From Antedon mediterranea (taxonomy: Eukaryota; Animalia; Echinodermata), in NCBI RefSeq assembly GCF_964355755.1, contig NC_092672.1, positions 37,702,437 through 37,766,436 of the forward strand: 64,000 bases of DNA. The letters run 5' to 3'. Of this stretch, positions 11,101 through 23,600 are shown piece after piece. Below the pieces are notes generated by a model. The model was not told where the DNA came from. It ran no database searches and saw nothing but the letters and a program-made list of their open reading frames with translations. The stretch's first letter is position 1. Each line of letters begins with the position of its first letter. A program made the translations under genes and the position numbers.

Positions 11101-14100
11101 ATAGATAAAATTATGTATCTAAACTGTTGAAAATGTGGGTAATATTTGTAGTGTCAGTCCAATACATATTTTGATAAATTTTGTTACCTTTCTAAACAAT
11201 CATAATGTTGGCTGTGAGTGCTCTAGCCCACCTCAACCCAGCACATTATTTAAGATCAATCACAATTACTTACTCTTGACCAGTGAGGGCTTTGGTAAGG
11301 CTGGTTTTGCCAACACGCTCTTGTCCAACAAGCATCAAACGTGTTTGATAGATAGATTTGCTGCCCTCTTCAATAGCATCGAGAAATGCAATATTAGCCT
11401 CCAGCCCCCTCGCCAACACTTCAAGAGGCACCTGGCCTGGGTTTGAGAAACAAATAAAAACAGAGAGATTAAACAAACTGTATAAATCAAAATAAGCTAA
11501 TACCACCAGGGCCAAGTGTTCAGGTAACAACATTTAAGTAATTTAGTAGCATATTTTACAAAAATATGAAAAAATAACACATTAGTGGCATTGAACACAA
11601 TTTTTGTTAATGGGTAAGTTTGAAGGCTAACCACTTCCCCCTCCCCACCCCCACCCAATATTTTCAAAAGAAGTGAAGCAAAATTGTGGTGGTCCCACTC
11701 CCTAAATACTAACCTCCTTTAATATCTGTAACTTCATCTCCATAACGTATCGTTAGCTCGTCTTTGACCACTACAGCATTCGATGCATACCCAGTGTACA
11801 AATACACCTCTTTTAAGCCTTTTCTTTTGAACTTAGTCATAAATCGGTGGATAGCATTCAGCATGAGATAAGAGCACTGATACTCGCCGATGGATGTATA
11901 GCGGTTTGAGATTATAGGAAGTACAACCGTCTCTACGCCAGCTTGTTCTGCCATGTTCAAACAATCAAAGGTGCATGTTTCAATCTGTAGGCTCTGTTGT
12001 GTGAAGTCCGTAGCGTTCTCATCGTTACCACGTACATGGTAAAGTTGCTGAAATGGAAGCTTCCCAGCTGATGTTGCAACTGTATTTTTCTGGTGACCTT
12101 TTGAACTTGCAAATGCTTCCTGTATCGTGTCAGTTGACAGACCAGCTGAAAATTACAAATATTTTGTTTTAACTAAAATTTGTAAATTAAAACAAAATTT
12201 ACTCAAACATAAGTAATGTAGTTTCTTTTGCCAAAAGAGTAACATATTGACCTTTGACCTCTTGAGGAACTTACCTGGTATACAAAATAGTGTGTTGTTT
12301 TCAACCAATAGATTTCAAATCTCTTGCTAAAAAGGAGGCTTGAATTTAGCACCTTAAATAATATAACTGAATGATATAAAAGTCTCTGCAACCAAATAAT
12401 TAAGCACTAAGTTGGTGCCTGGTCAAATTAAAATTTCAATCACCTCACATTTTCCTAAAGAAGCCAATTAACACTAAGTTGTAATTACCTTCAACTAGTA
12501 TTCTTGCCGTCAATCCAGAATAAGAGACGTTGTAGTTAGCTGTAGGATTCATGAGCACGTCTGCAGACTGTTTCGTTGGATTCCCGGTAGCAACAATAAG
12601 ACGGGTTTGCGAGTCAGGGTAGGTGTACTCACAAAATAATTGAGTAGGTATGCGGTAGGGTCTTGATGCTTCAAAGAGAAATGTATCATTTTGAATAAAG
12701 CTAGGAGAAAGATGAACGTGCTGTTGCAATGAAAAAGTTAACAATTGCAATATTTAACATACACTTGTAGGTTGTAGGAGAAAACAACATGGATTATAAA
12801 CTACAACATGATGAATTTATTTTTACCGAAATCTGACTAAATTTTTTAAACAAAATCCTTGTAGGATTCAAAATGTTTATCTGTTTTTTGATACAATAAA
12901 ATGAGAAAAATTAGCGATAAATTAACCTCGACAGTTTTGCTGTCCTGATCGGACAGAATTTGCCCTCTAGAGGTCAATTATTTAATGACATATTTGTCTT
13001 TCTTAGGAAGAAGCTGTCCAATCAGTCAATTTAAAATCCTTGTAGACTATTTACTGCAAGCACTTTGTGCTCTTAATGCAAACAATAAGTTAAAACCTTC
13101 AACCAAGGTTAAAATCTATTGTTAGTTGTTACCTACCTTTTCTCTCAACGACATACTTTTCCAAAGCCTTTTTAAAAGCCAAAGCTTTTGTAGGAATCTT
13201 ATCAATAAATATCACTTTTCTGATACTAGATCTACTAGACATGTGTAAAAAGTAATCCAGGACTGCAGACACAATGACCTCAGCACACGTATGTTCCATC
13301 TCACCCCTTCTTCCTAGATTGAAATGCCAAAACGAGCTGTACAGGAGGGGAATGGTGATAGACACGCATTGTAGATCTTTTTCACATTTTTGCAATGATT
13401 CAGTTATGTTTTGTGTTAATATGCATTTCCATGTTAACGTGTCATCTGTGTCTGGAACATTCACATGAATGATATGTTTACATTTGAGATCTCCGCCAAC
13501 AGTTGCAACAACTTGGTTGTTTACTGACCTGGAACGACGCAAAACTGACAATGTTGCAATAAATTTTTCCAATACATCTTCTCCGGCTAAAAAAAAGAAG
13601 AAAATCATACATCGATTACTAAAAATAGGCCAAGACATTTTTTTTTTTAATAGGTTTTTACTCTGAAATTCACAAGATATGACCTTGCACAAAAGATTCA
13701 TTTTATAGTATGCACTATAAAGAGGCTATTTTATGTAAAAAAAAGGAACAATTACAATCTCACCAATTTTTAGTGCTGCTACTCCTAAACCAAAACCAGC
13801 TCGTTCATAACGTTTGTCAAATGTAGTTACAATTATCGCATCGGTAGCTTGATAAAACATATCATCGCAAAACACTTTGAAGGTAACATTGTATAAGTCT
13901 TGTTGGGATAACACTCTGTTTTCTTCAGGTAGTGTCACTCTTGGTAACACTGGTGTAACCAGAGGAAATAAATGTTCATAGGAACTTTCTGTCTTTGCTT
14001 TGAGAGAGTCATCTTCTTCATTGCCTAAAAAATGAAATACTTAATTAATTTTGTCATTCATGAAAGTTGAGTGGATAGGATGTTGACATATTCGGTATAT

Positions 14101-17100
14101 ATCTGATTTGATAGATTATTATATTTGGTAACTATTATTACTGTACAGTATTTGGTAGCTATATTACTGTACTGTATTTGGTAGGTATATTAATGTACTG
14201 TATTTGGGAGGTATATTACTGTACCGTATTTGGGAGGTATATTACTGTACTGTATTTGGGAGGTATATTACTGTACTGTATTTGGTAGCTATATTACTGT
14301 ACTGTATTTGGTAGCTATATTACTGTACTGTATTTGGGAGGTATATTACTGTACTGTATTTGGGAGGTATATTACTGTACTGTATTTGGTAGCTATATTA
14401 CTGTACTGTATTTTTTATTTATTTTTTTATTTATTCGGTATATAAAAATATATTACAAAACGACAGTCAAGGACTGAAATGAAATGTATTACAAATGACT
14501 AAAAATTAGTTAAAATTGCTATAAAAATAGAAACATCTTAATAAAATTAGATATCGTACCATACAATTAAAAACATACATGAATAAAAAACCTTAAAACC
14601 TTCACTTATTACATATCTAAAAAAGAGCTAGTGGTGCCTATTAATTATATCCACCATGGTGGGAACTGGAGACGACCTAAGTCTGCTGGTTTTACAATGA
14701 GGTACTTCTAGAAAGCGGTTGACTCTGAGAGACCGAGCTGGCTTATGAAGAGGGGGAAGTATTTCTCTAAACAGCTCGGATTTTAATAAGCCTTCCCCGA
14801 AAGACAACACAAGTTTGTTTCTTCTCTCTACAAGAGTAGGTAAACCAGTAACAGACAATGCATGATCATAGCACAAATAGTTGTTACCTAGCATGATACG
14901 CAATGCTCTCTTTTGTACCTTTTCAATAGACTTGGACATGTCCTTAGTGATAGCGCCATGCCAAACAGGGGCAGCATATTCTAAAATAGGTCTTATATAC
15001 GCCATATAAACAGTCAACAGATCATTAATTAAGATTCCTGCTTTCTTCAAAATGCACAAGGAAAATAAACGTCTAGAAGCTCTAGACACAATATTATTAG
15101 TGTTAAGTTCCCATTTCAGGTCATTTTGAATGATTACACCAAGAAGCGTCATGTGATCAACTACTTGTAAAATGGAACCACTCAGACTAAAAGAAGGCGA
15201 TATAATATCATCCGACTTGTCCTTAAGAAAATTGACAACCAAGATATGGCATTTGGAGGGTTTGGGTATCATATTATTGGATGAACACCAAACACTCAGA
15301 TCATCTAACAGGGATTGCATGGAAGGCAAATCACCTTTGCGAACGACCTCCCCAAGGGTGAGGTCATCCACATATTTCCATCGTCTGCAGCAATCAACAC
15401 AAGCATCGTTAATAAGTACTAGGAAAAGTACAGGGCCAAGCAATGTCCCCTGTGGGACCCCACAAGTCAGTGACTTTGAAGATGACAAAATCCCAGCAAA
15501 CTTGGTGTTGAGAGAACGGGAAGTGAGAAAGCTGCAGACGATGGGAATTATGGACGACCTCACACCCAGTTCAATCAACTTTATAATAATAACATTATGA
15601 TCAACACGATCAAAAGCTTTAGTAAAGTCAGTGGCACATAGGTTAACATAACATTTACCCTTCTCAACATCTTTGAGTGTAGAGTCAATAAGACTAACAA
15701 GATAGTGAGTTGAGGAAGCCTTTTTCCTACTACCAAATTGACGAGAATCTAATTTACCCTTAATATCTTCAAGAATCCACTTAACAATAAAAGATTCAAA
15801 TACCCTGGCAAGAACATAGGTAAGGGAAATAGGTCTAAGGTCAGAGACAGAACTAGCATTCACTGTTTTAGGAATGGGAACTGCAGTAGCCCTTTTCCAA
15901 AGGTCGGGGAAAACACCATCCTTCAATGCATGATTGAAGATATCCGCAACAGGTTCAGCAAGTTCAGGAGCAAAATCTCTATATAGTTTAATAGGAGGTT
16001 CATCTGGATGGCCAGCTTTGTTAGGCTTAAGATTACAAAGGGCTTTTAGGACCTGACCAGCATATATTAAAGGTGGTGGCCCAGGGGCTGGGAGATAAGC
16101 AGGCAAATCGTTTAAATTAAGAGGAGGGATGGCATTACAAACACTAGAGAAATGGGCATTGGTAGCTATATTACTGTACTGTATTTGGGAGGTATATTAC
16201 TGTACTGTATTTGGGAGGTATATTACTGTACTGTATTTGGGAGGTATATTACTGTACTGTATTTGGGAGGTATATTACTGTACCGTATTTGGGAGGTATA
16301 TTACTGTACTGTATTTGGTAGCTATATTACTGATACTGTATTTGGGAGGTATATTACTTTACTGTATTTGGGAGGTATATTACTGTACTGTATTTGGTAG
16401 CTATATTACTGTACTGTATTTGGGAGGTATATTACTGTACTGTATTTGGGAGGTATATTACTGTAGCTGTATTTGGGAGGTATATTACTGTACTGTATTG
16501 GGAGGTATATTACTGTACTGTATTTGGGAGGTATATTACTGTACTGTATTTGGGAGGTATAATGTACTGTATTTGGTAGCTATATTACTGTACTGTATTT
16601 GGGAGGTATATTACTGTACTGTATTTGGTAGCTATATTACTGTACTGTATTTGGTAGCTATATTACTGTACTGTATTTGGGAGGTATATTACTGTACTGT
16701 ATTTGGTAGCTATATTACTGTACTGTATTTGGGAGGTATATTACTGTACTGTATTTGGTAGCTATATTAATGTACTGTATTTGGTAGATATACTGTTACA
16801 GTGTATTTTGGTAGCTAGATTACTCTATTTGATTGATGATTGATTACTGCCTCTGCCGACATTTCCGCTACTGTTACTGTATTTGTTAGATATACTGTAA
16901 TGTTACAATGTATTTGGTAGCTAGATTACTGTATTTGGTAAATATAATGTATTTGGTAGCTATGTATTAACTATATTAATTTATTAATCAAAATAAGTTG
17001 GCAGAAGTGTACCTGCTGACTGTGAGACACTATTCTTGAAAGCTGATATTGGTACACTTTTTGCTTTTACTCTTGGAGACTTCTTTTTCTTAGATTTATC

Positions 17101-17999
17101 TACAATTTAAAATATATGTACGTAAAGAATTAAATTCATGTTTGGTATAACCTAATAATATATTAAAATAGTAGATCATCACCAGTGTAAACTAATATTC
17201 ACTTTGTTAACTTCACCAAAGTACTACACTACCATTATTTAATTAATTAATTTAAACTTTACAAAAAGTACACTACCATTGCTTTCTGATAGTAATGGCA
17301 CTTTCTGCAGTGGTGTACCACTAGTGTTAACCCTTAGTTTTGGAGAATTTTTGACGTCAGTACTACCACTAGTAGTAGATCCTTTTTTGGATGGCGACTT
17401 AGAATCTATAAAAACAATTTATCATTATAAATAATAATCATTATTCAGTATTGGAATGTTAATGTTAATTGTTATAGGCCTATAGGCCTAGGCCTATAGG
17501 CTATATATAATATTAATAATACTGTACTGATTATTACTGAAATTTGTTACATTGTTGTATTTAATCAATCATCCTGCTACTCTAAATAACAATGTAAACT
17601 GGAAGCCACTGACTTACCACTACTTTTACTTTTAAGCTTAGATTTGCCTGACAACGACGTGTGCTGCTGCTCCATGGGGCCTTCGTTGTTTACTTGGCCA
17701 GTATTTAGGTCCTCGTCCCTTTCCGTTGGAGGAACCCTAGGCCTAGAAACTTTTAAGTCGTTTAGTAAAGCGCTAGGCAGCCTTACCCTAGTGTGTGGTT
17801 CATACGATGTATGGGTGGGATCGATATCAAGTTGTGAATAAGCGATATCAGTAATTTCATTGAGTAAAGCAGCCGGTAATTTCCGGACTTTTAATGATTC
17901 GGTTTCCTCCTCGGTTTCATACCAAATAGCTCCATGATCATTATCATACTTGTTTCGCCGATCGGCGGCGGAGGAGGCCTCTCTGCTGCTGCTCCTCAT
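5143..17999 (-). CDS. Roco-family protein with architecture Macro-Macro-Roc-COR-Death, about 1488 aa. 20 exons: 17618-17999, 17013-17099, 13764-14024, 13133-13586, 12489-12700, 11714-12145, 11274-11436, 10942-11042, 10606-10688, 10282-10408, 9723-9979, 9152-9253, 8516-8698, 7854-8111, 7479-7685, 7224-7385, 6766-7068, 6406-6498, 5773-5992, 5143-5522
   Basis: Exon phases all join and total 4467 nt. Roc motifs: RLMLVGQERVGKTSL, VTDGIET, SIWDFAGQDLYYITHQVF, PVFIVGTHRE. COR: IPLKWLDF, LHFYHDLGNMIYY, IILSPQWLICIFKRVIT, LPEGLFYRLIVRL. Death domain: LLDPEHPLANDWRGVACKLG. Macro-like segments: ATDAIIV...TVGGDLKCKHIIHV and SADVLMNPTA...TSAGKLPFQQLYHV. Confidence 0.88.
8312..8540. repeat. 77-bp tandem triplication that includes the end of Roco exon 13 and its splice donor
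   Basis: tagcttagagttatcacagc recurs at 8312, 8389 and 8466; each unit contains ctcacaagagcttgtctttgttg. Confidence 0.93.
8769..9049. mobile_element. Short terminal-inverted-repeat element (MITE)
   Basis: gtgtacatccccattaga ... tctaatggggctgtacac inverted termini. Confidence 0.6.
9513..9663. mobile_element. MITE family A (PIF/Harbinger/Tourist-like), complete copy
   Basis: TIRs agctctgtctacactatcaaac / gtttgatagtgtagacagagct, TTA on both sides, internal ~21-bp subrepeats. Confidence 0.85.
10050..10235 (-). mobile_element. SINE fragment with Deu/Nin-like core
   Basis: Minus strand reads gataaggactataaaccgaaggtcc...gcactttaaagaacctagtac...agtagagggttac; related to 50037-50400. Confidence 0.6.
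14135..14410. repeat. 26-bp minisatellite (tatattactgtactgtatttgg(g/t)ag(g/c)), left part of an array split by a LINE
   Basis: Tandem units visible; array resumes at 16159. Confidence 0.95.
14411..16158 (-). mobile_element. 5'-truncated non-LTR retrotransposon (CR1/L2-group-like) with an uninterrupted reverse-transcriptase frame (14628-16158)
   Basis: RT motifs LRPISLT, QFGSR, DFTKAFDRVDH, GVPQGTLLGPVLF, KYVDD; A-rich (TAAA)n-like tail at 14411-14435; no endonuclease present because of the truncation. Confidence 0.92.
16159..16790. repeat. 26-bp minisatellite, right part of the split array
   Basis: Same unit as 14135-14410. Confidence 0.95.
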
Positions 18000-19029
18000 A
18001 TCCGATCGCACAAAAAAAGAAGGCGCGAAGGCCGGAAGGGTATATTACCGGTCCATGCTTACTGGAGCGTGACTTTATTATGGGATTTTAAAGTTTACAG
18101 TAATCTCTCTACTGTAGTGTCTATATACTGCTTGTTCCATAAATCCGTAGACAATGGTTGACCATGGTAATATTGAACTGTCATACTCATGACTAACCAA
18201 AAAAAATTAACGTTCATAAAAACATGTTTTTATGGTATAGTTTTAAAATTTTCTTGGTCAGTTAGTGCCGTGTCATTAGAAACCCGTGTCATCATCTTAC
18301 GTATATCTGCTCCACTCCATTGAATTTTTTTTTTTTGTAAAAGGTATATTTAGGTCTTGTTACATGGACCTATAAAATGTATAGCTCCATGGTCAAATCA
18401 AGAAGTTACACTTGAAAACAAATTCACACAGAATCTTTGAATTATTTGGATAAAATGCAATCATGTCAATTTATTATTTCACATCAAGACGGATAAAACG
18501 GAAGAACAATTAAACTCATTTGTAACAACAGAATAAAACATGTTCACCGTTTTATCTCCCTAAACAAAACTCAACCATAACTCTTGCAGGCTTAGTATTA
18601 TATCTTAGTGAATAGCCTCCCTTACTGTTATCCTGTAACCTTTCTCCCTGGTATATTTCTGAATAACCTCCCTTATTTTTATAAAGAAAACAGATAAAAA
18701 AATGCAATAACATTCTTAAAGTATCTGTCTGTATCAGCAACTATGAATTCTAAACATTTTAATGTTTTGTTATCAGAATGTTTTGAGTTCATTTTAGTGA
18801 CATGATTAATAAAACAAAAATAACAACATAGTAATAAATGTAATAATAATAATGTAATAAAATTTTATATTTAATGTTTCTCTTAATGCTTGCCAATAAA
18901 ACCAGTCAAATATATCCCCTTTTTGTATTTTTTTTTCAAATAAATAATGAATGTTGGAAGAAAACAATTTTTGAAACGATTATGTCTTACAAAATGATAT
19001 GCACTTTTCTAATAAAGGGAATGATATAC

Positions 19030-19400
19030 CACCTGTATACAGGGAGACTTACCTGTATGCAGAGAGAACCACCTGTATGCAGGGAGAACCACCTGTATGC
19101 AGGGAGAACCACCTGTATGCAGGGAGAACCACCTGTATGCAGAGAGAACCACCTGTATGCAGAGAGAACCACCTGTATACAGAGAGAACCACCTGTATGC
19201 AGGGAGAACCACCTGTATGCAGGGAGAACCACCTGTATGCAGGGAGAACCACCTGTATGCAGGGAGAACCACCTGTATGCAGAGAGAACCACCTGTATGC
19301 AGAGAGAACCACCTGTATGCAGGAAGAACCACCTGTATGCAGGGAGAACCACCTGTATGCAGGAAGAACCACCTGTATGCAGGGAGACCCACTTGTATAC
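19030..19400. repeat. 20-bp minisatellite (acctgtatgcag(g/a)gagaacc), about 18 copies
   Basis: Direct tandem array. Confidence 0.96.
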
Positions 19401-20616
19401 AAGTATTTATCTACCAATTAACCACACGTGTGTGGGACATAATGAATACACAGTTAGAAAGCAACAAGGTTTGCAAGTGAAAATTAAAACAAATGTTGAA
19501 ATCAATAGCAAACCTTACATAATCTTAATGAACACTTACAAATAATAAATATATCTAAATTTTCATTCTGTTTATCCACGGGTCTTTGATGATACTAGTA
19601 ATTAGCTACACATGTCCTTATATAAACCAGTTATTACAATGTATGGAATAAGAATGCCAAGTTTGTTTGTTTTGAATTGAAGTTACCATAAAACCCCATC
19701 GACTTGTTTAGTCTTTTCTAAAAAAATGTGTGATTTAATAAAACCTCACATTTGAAACCTAATATCAATCAAATGTTTATTCCAGGAGTAATGTAGCAAA
19801 TTTAATATCATGGTTTGTTTCAATTTCACAACTTCTCATAATTTTATTTCGCCAGTTTTAGCCACTTAAATTGAAATTCATTAACACCCAAATAATGTAT
19901 CACTGAAAATTGAATTAATACAATTTGAGTTGGGTTTATAAAGAGGACAAGGTAACTTTCAAAAAACTTTACGAATTATCAATATTCATGAATTTTAATT
20001 AAATGGATCCAAAATGATATACGCCTGTAATAGCAAGCAACCTGTATCTTTCAATTAGGTGTACATATCTAAATTTGTAGTTTATGTTTGAAACTGGTTG
20101 ACTCTTGGTACGGTAAAATCTAGAATATAAGAAGACCAAATCATTTCTTCATTCTAAAAAGATAAAAACCTTTCCGAAACTTGATATATTTCTGTACCTA
20201 ACATCAATGTAAATCTTAGGCTTAGGGGCTTGGGAAAACTACTTCAGTTATCATAAAATTGTCTTTGCATCATTCAATACAGGGCTGCTCAGCTGTCTGT
20301 CAAGTGTATAAGCAGCATATTGTATCCAGTAACATTCAAAGTGTACTCCATCAATTAAAACATCACATTCAAGGGGTAGTAACATCAATTAGGGAGATCT
20401 TGTAAGTCTATAAAGAAAATTCTTGTTAATAAGCATACTTTTATTCCATCTAATATCCAATAAAGTGAGAAAAAAAAAAGTGATTCAAAGGTTCGAACCC
20501 TTACCGATGTTAATATGATTATCAAAATGTAGCTAACCCTCGACCCCTTAAGAAAGTAGATACTGTACTTACTTAACTTTTTTTCCCCCCCCAAGTCATT
20601 TTATTTAATACTGCTC

Positions 20617-23600
20617 TTAGTTGTTTTGTTGGTAAGCTGCAATTGGAGGGTGTTGACCTTGTCCGCCTAAAATTAAACAATAAAGTTTGTTAAAGCTGAA
20701 ATTATGTTAATAAAATGTATCATGAGGGACAGGATTATTTACTTAAGGGGAAAATTAAAAAGCAATAAGGTTTACCGCAAATAGCGTTAGTGACGCATGG
20801 TGGGAATGATTTGGGAGCAAGCGCCACAACGCGTACGTATATGATTTACTTTTTGATCCCAAAACCTTCCCACCATGCACTGTACAATGACGTTCCTTGT
20901 GTAATGAAGCTATTTGCGATAAACCATATAACCTGATTACCTTGTTGTTGTTGTTGTAGGTATTGTATATTGCCACTTGGCAACATGACTGTATGTGAAT
21001 GTAGTTGTCCAGCTGTTCCTCCTCCTCCTCCTACATACATCATGTTAGGTTGCACGTGAGGATGTGTATGCGGACTGGTGTGTACAGTTGTCATATTTGT
21101 TATACTATGAGAGGTTGCAGAGTATGGCTGCGGTTGTGGCTGCTGCTGCTGTGGTTGTTGATGCATCATGACCGTCGTTAAGGCCTGTTGTGATTGTGGC
21201 GTGTGGCCTTGAATTTGTTGGCTATGTTGAGGGACACTATACAGTAGTAGACCTGGTTGGGTAGGCTGTGATGGTGATTGTATAGGATGTTGTACAGGAC
21301 TTGGGGTTGGTCTATGCCCTTGTGGAGGCTGTTGAGGGTGTTGGTTTAAATTCTGGTTTTGTGCTGGTTGTACTGGCTGTGGATTAGGATGAGGATGATT
21401 GACTGACTGAACCATTTGATGGTGAGTAGCTTGGCCCTGGGGGTGTTGTCCTTGCTGAGCAGACTGGGGATGATGAGGGTATAAAGATGCTTGTTGCTGA
21501 CCTGGATAGACTTGATTTGGACCTTGTGGTGTTACTGAAATTAAACAAAAATAAACCATAATAAATAATCAACAATTGTTCCAAACTGGTTTCTGTTGTG
21601 GTGCTATTTCTTTATTATGCTAATTACTGCCTCTGTGTGATAGGTATACAAGTACTCTAGGCTTTGATTACAGCTCTGATGATAAGAAATATTTTTATAA
21701 TTTTAAGACATTTTCATTAAATGCCTTTTACTGATTCTCGCTCGTATTGATATGACTTTTAAATATCCAATCTTGTATTTATTATACACTGGACTGCAAT
21801 AACGACTATTTGATTGAACACTATGATCCTTAACACTACTTTTCCTATAAGTCAAAAGTTGAGCAGCATTTTTTGTAAGAAATATTTCTTGTTTTTATAG
21901 TTTACTCACCAAATACTGGAGGATTACCATCTTGCAGTGAATGCATCTGGGCTTGTGATTGCTGTACATTGGGTATTTGATTGGGATGACCTGAACGGTA
22001 AGGCAGCTTTGAAAAATAAAACAAACAATAGATGTATACATAGTCGGAAATCTACTCCATTTACAGAATCGGACTTCTAACTAGTAGTCCAAAACACTAG
22101 TAAAATAAAACAAACAATTGATGGATACATAGTCGGAAATCTACTCCATTTACAGAATCGGACTGCTAACTAGTAGTCCAAAACACTAGTAAAATGAAAC
22201 AATTGACGGCTACATAGTCGGAAATCTACTCCATTTACAGAATCGGACTGCTAACTAGTAGTCAGAAACACTAGTTAAATAAAACTGTGAACATTTATTT
22301 CTGATATAAATGAAAAGATAAATTGAATACAGTAGCTCGTGGCCGTTTATATTAGTTTTAGGATTAGGTTTTAGGATTAGTGCTTGCTTCATTTATTCTA
22401 TTGTCCAAACATAGATCTTTATTCCATCTACATTGTGTGGTATAGAATAGCACTGGGTTGTATGGCACGCAATAAGTGCATTATAACATTGTATAGGGTA
22501 ATTATTTACCAGACTAATAAGTTCAAATCGTACCTTTGGTTGGTGTTGCACTGGCACAAATTGCATTTGGTGATGATGCTGCATTATATGCGGTCCTGGC
22601 ATCATGTGACCAGGATGGGAACCCGGAGGAAAGGGGGCAACTGAGTAATGTGAAGGGGCAACTAGTGGTGAACCTGTGACTGCTTGAACTTGACCAGATT
22701 GTAAGTCTCCTTGTTGCTGAGGTCGTGGGGGCAGATTACTTGCCTCTGGAAATAAAAAAAAAAAAACAATATGATTGAATCAAAACGGTAAGACAATTTT
22801 CTGAAATATATTAAAGGGGGATTCGGGGTTTAAAATTGCTTTTAAATATCGTTTATTTATTAAATAAAAAATATTATAACAATATAGACATGTCAGAATG
22901 AAGAAGTAATAACGAGAAATTAAAAAAATTTAATTTCATATACATTTTAGGGGAAATTCTTGGAAAGTCTGTTTTTCAGCAGCTTAGGGAAGCTCATTAA
23001 TATTCATGAGATATTCACAAAATCACGTCATCAGTGAATTCCAAACTCGCGACGTCATGTACGTTGTGTTTGTCAACTAATTTACATCTCTCTCCCCTGT
23101 CAAACGACGACCACCCGATCATTGTGAAATACATTTTTTGTAGATTTTCTAAGCTAGGCCTAAAGTGTAATAATAACAGTAGTAGCATTTATTTGAAATT
23201 TAATAAAATACAAAATTTAGTACAGATTACGGAGTCATAAATTATATACTATTTTCATACCTCGAATAGTACAGACAGATTGTGTTATTGGCTTCACGTA
23301 CTAGGTTAGCCTAGCCTAAATAATTTTTTTTCATGGGTGAGAGCCATTCTGACTAGGGATTCCATGCCACGATGGCTACGTTAAAACATTGGGGCCCATC
23401 ATGGGCCTATTACTAAACGATTGGCCCATAAATAACAAAACTCAGTGAATTCCAAAACCCATCCTATCAACCAAACTCCTAAACAATCTAAACCTAAAAC
23501 ATTCTACAAAATCGGCTGTAAATATTGAGGCAAAACAAGGTCCGATCGCCGTCCGCACGTATGGTGTCCCGATCGTCTAAAGTAGGCCTAAAATAGGCCT

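Noticed and set aside
15172-15600. Plus-strand 142-aa ORF and other antisense ORFs (5320, 6724, 13274, 45794, 47975)
   Set aside because: They are shadows of real coding sequence on the opposite strand.
16129-19545. Long ORFs at 16129-16761 and 18874-19545 (also 26260-26532 and 40008-40654)
   Set aside because: They are translations of minisatellites, open in several frames, and have no splice context.
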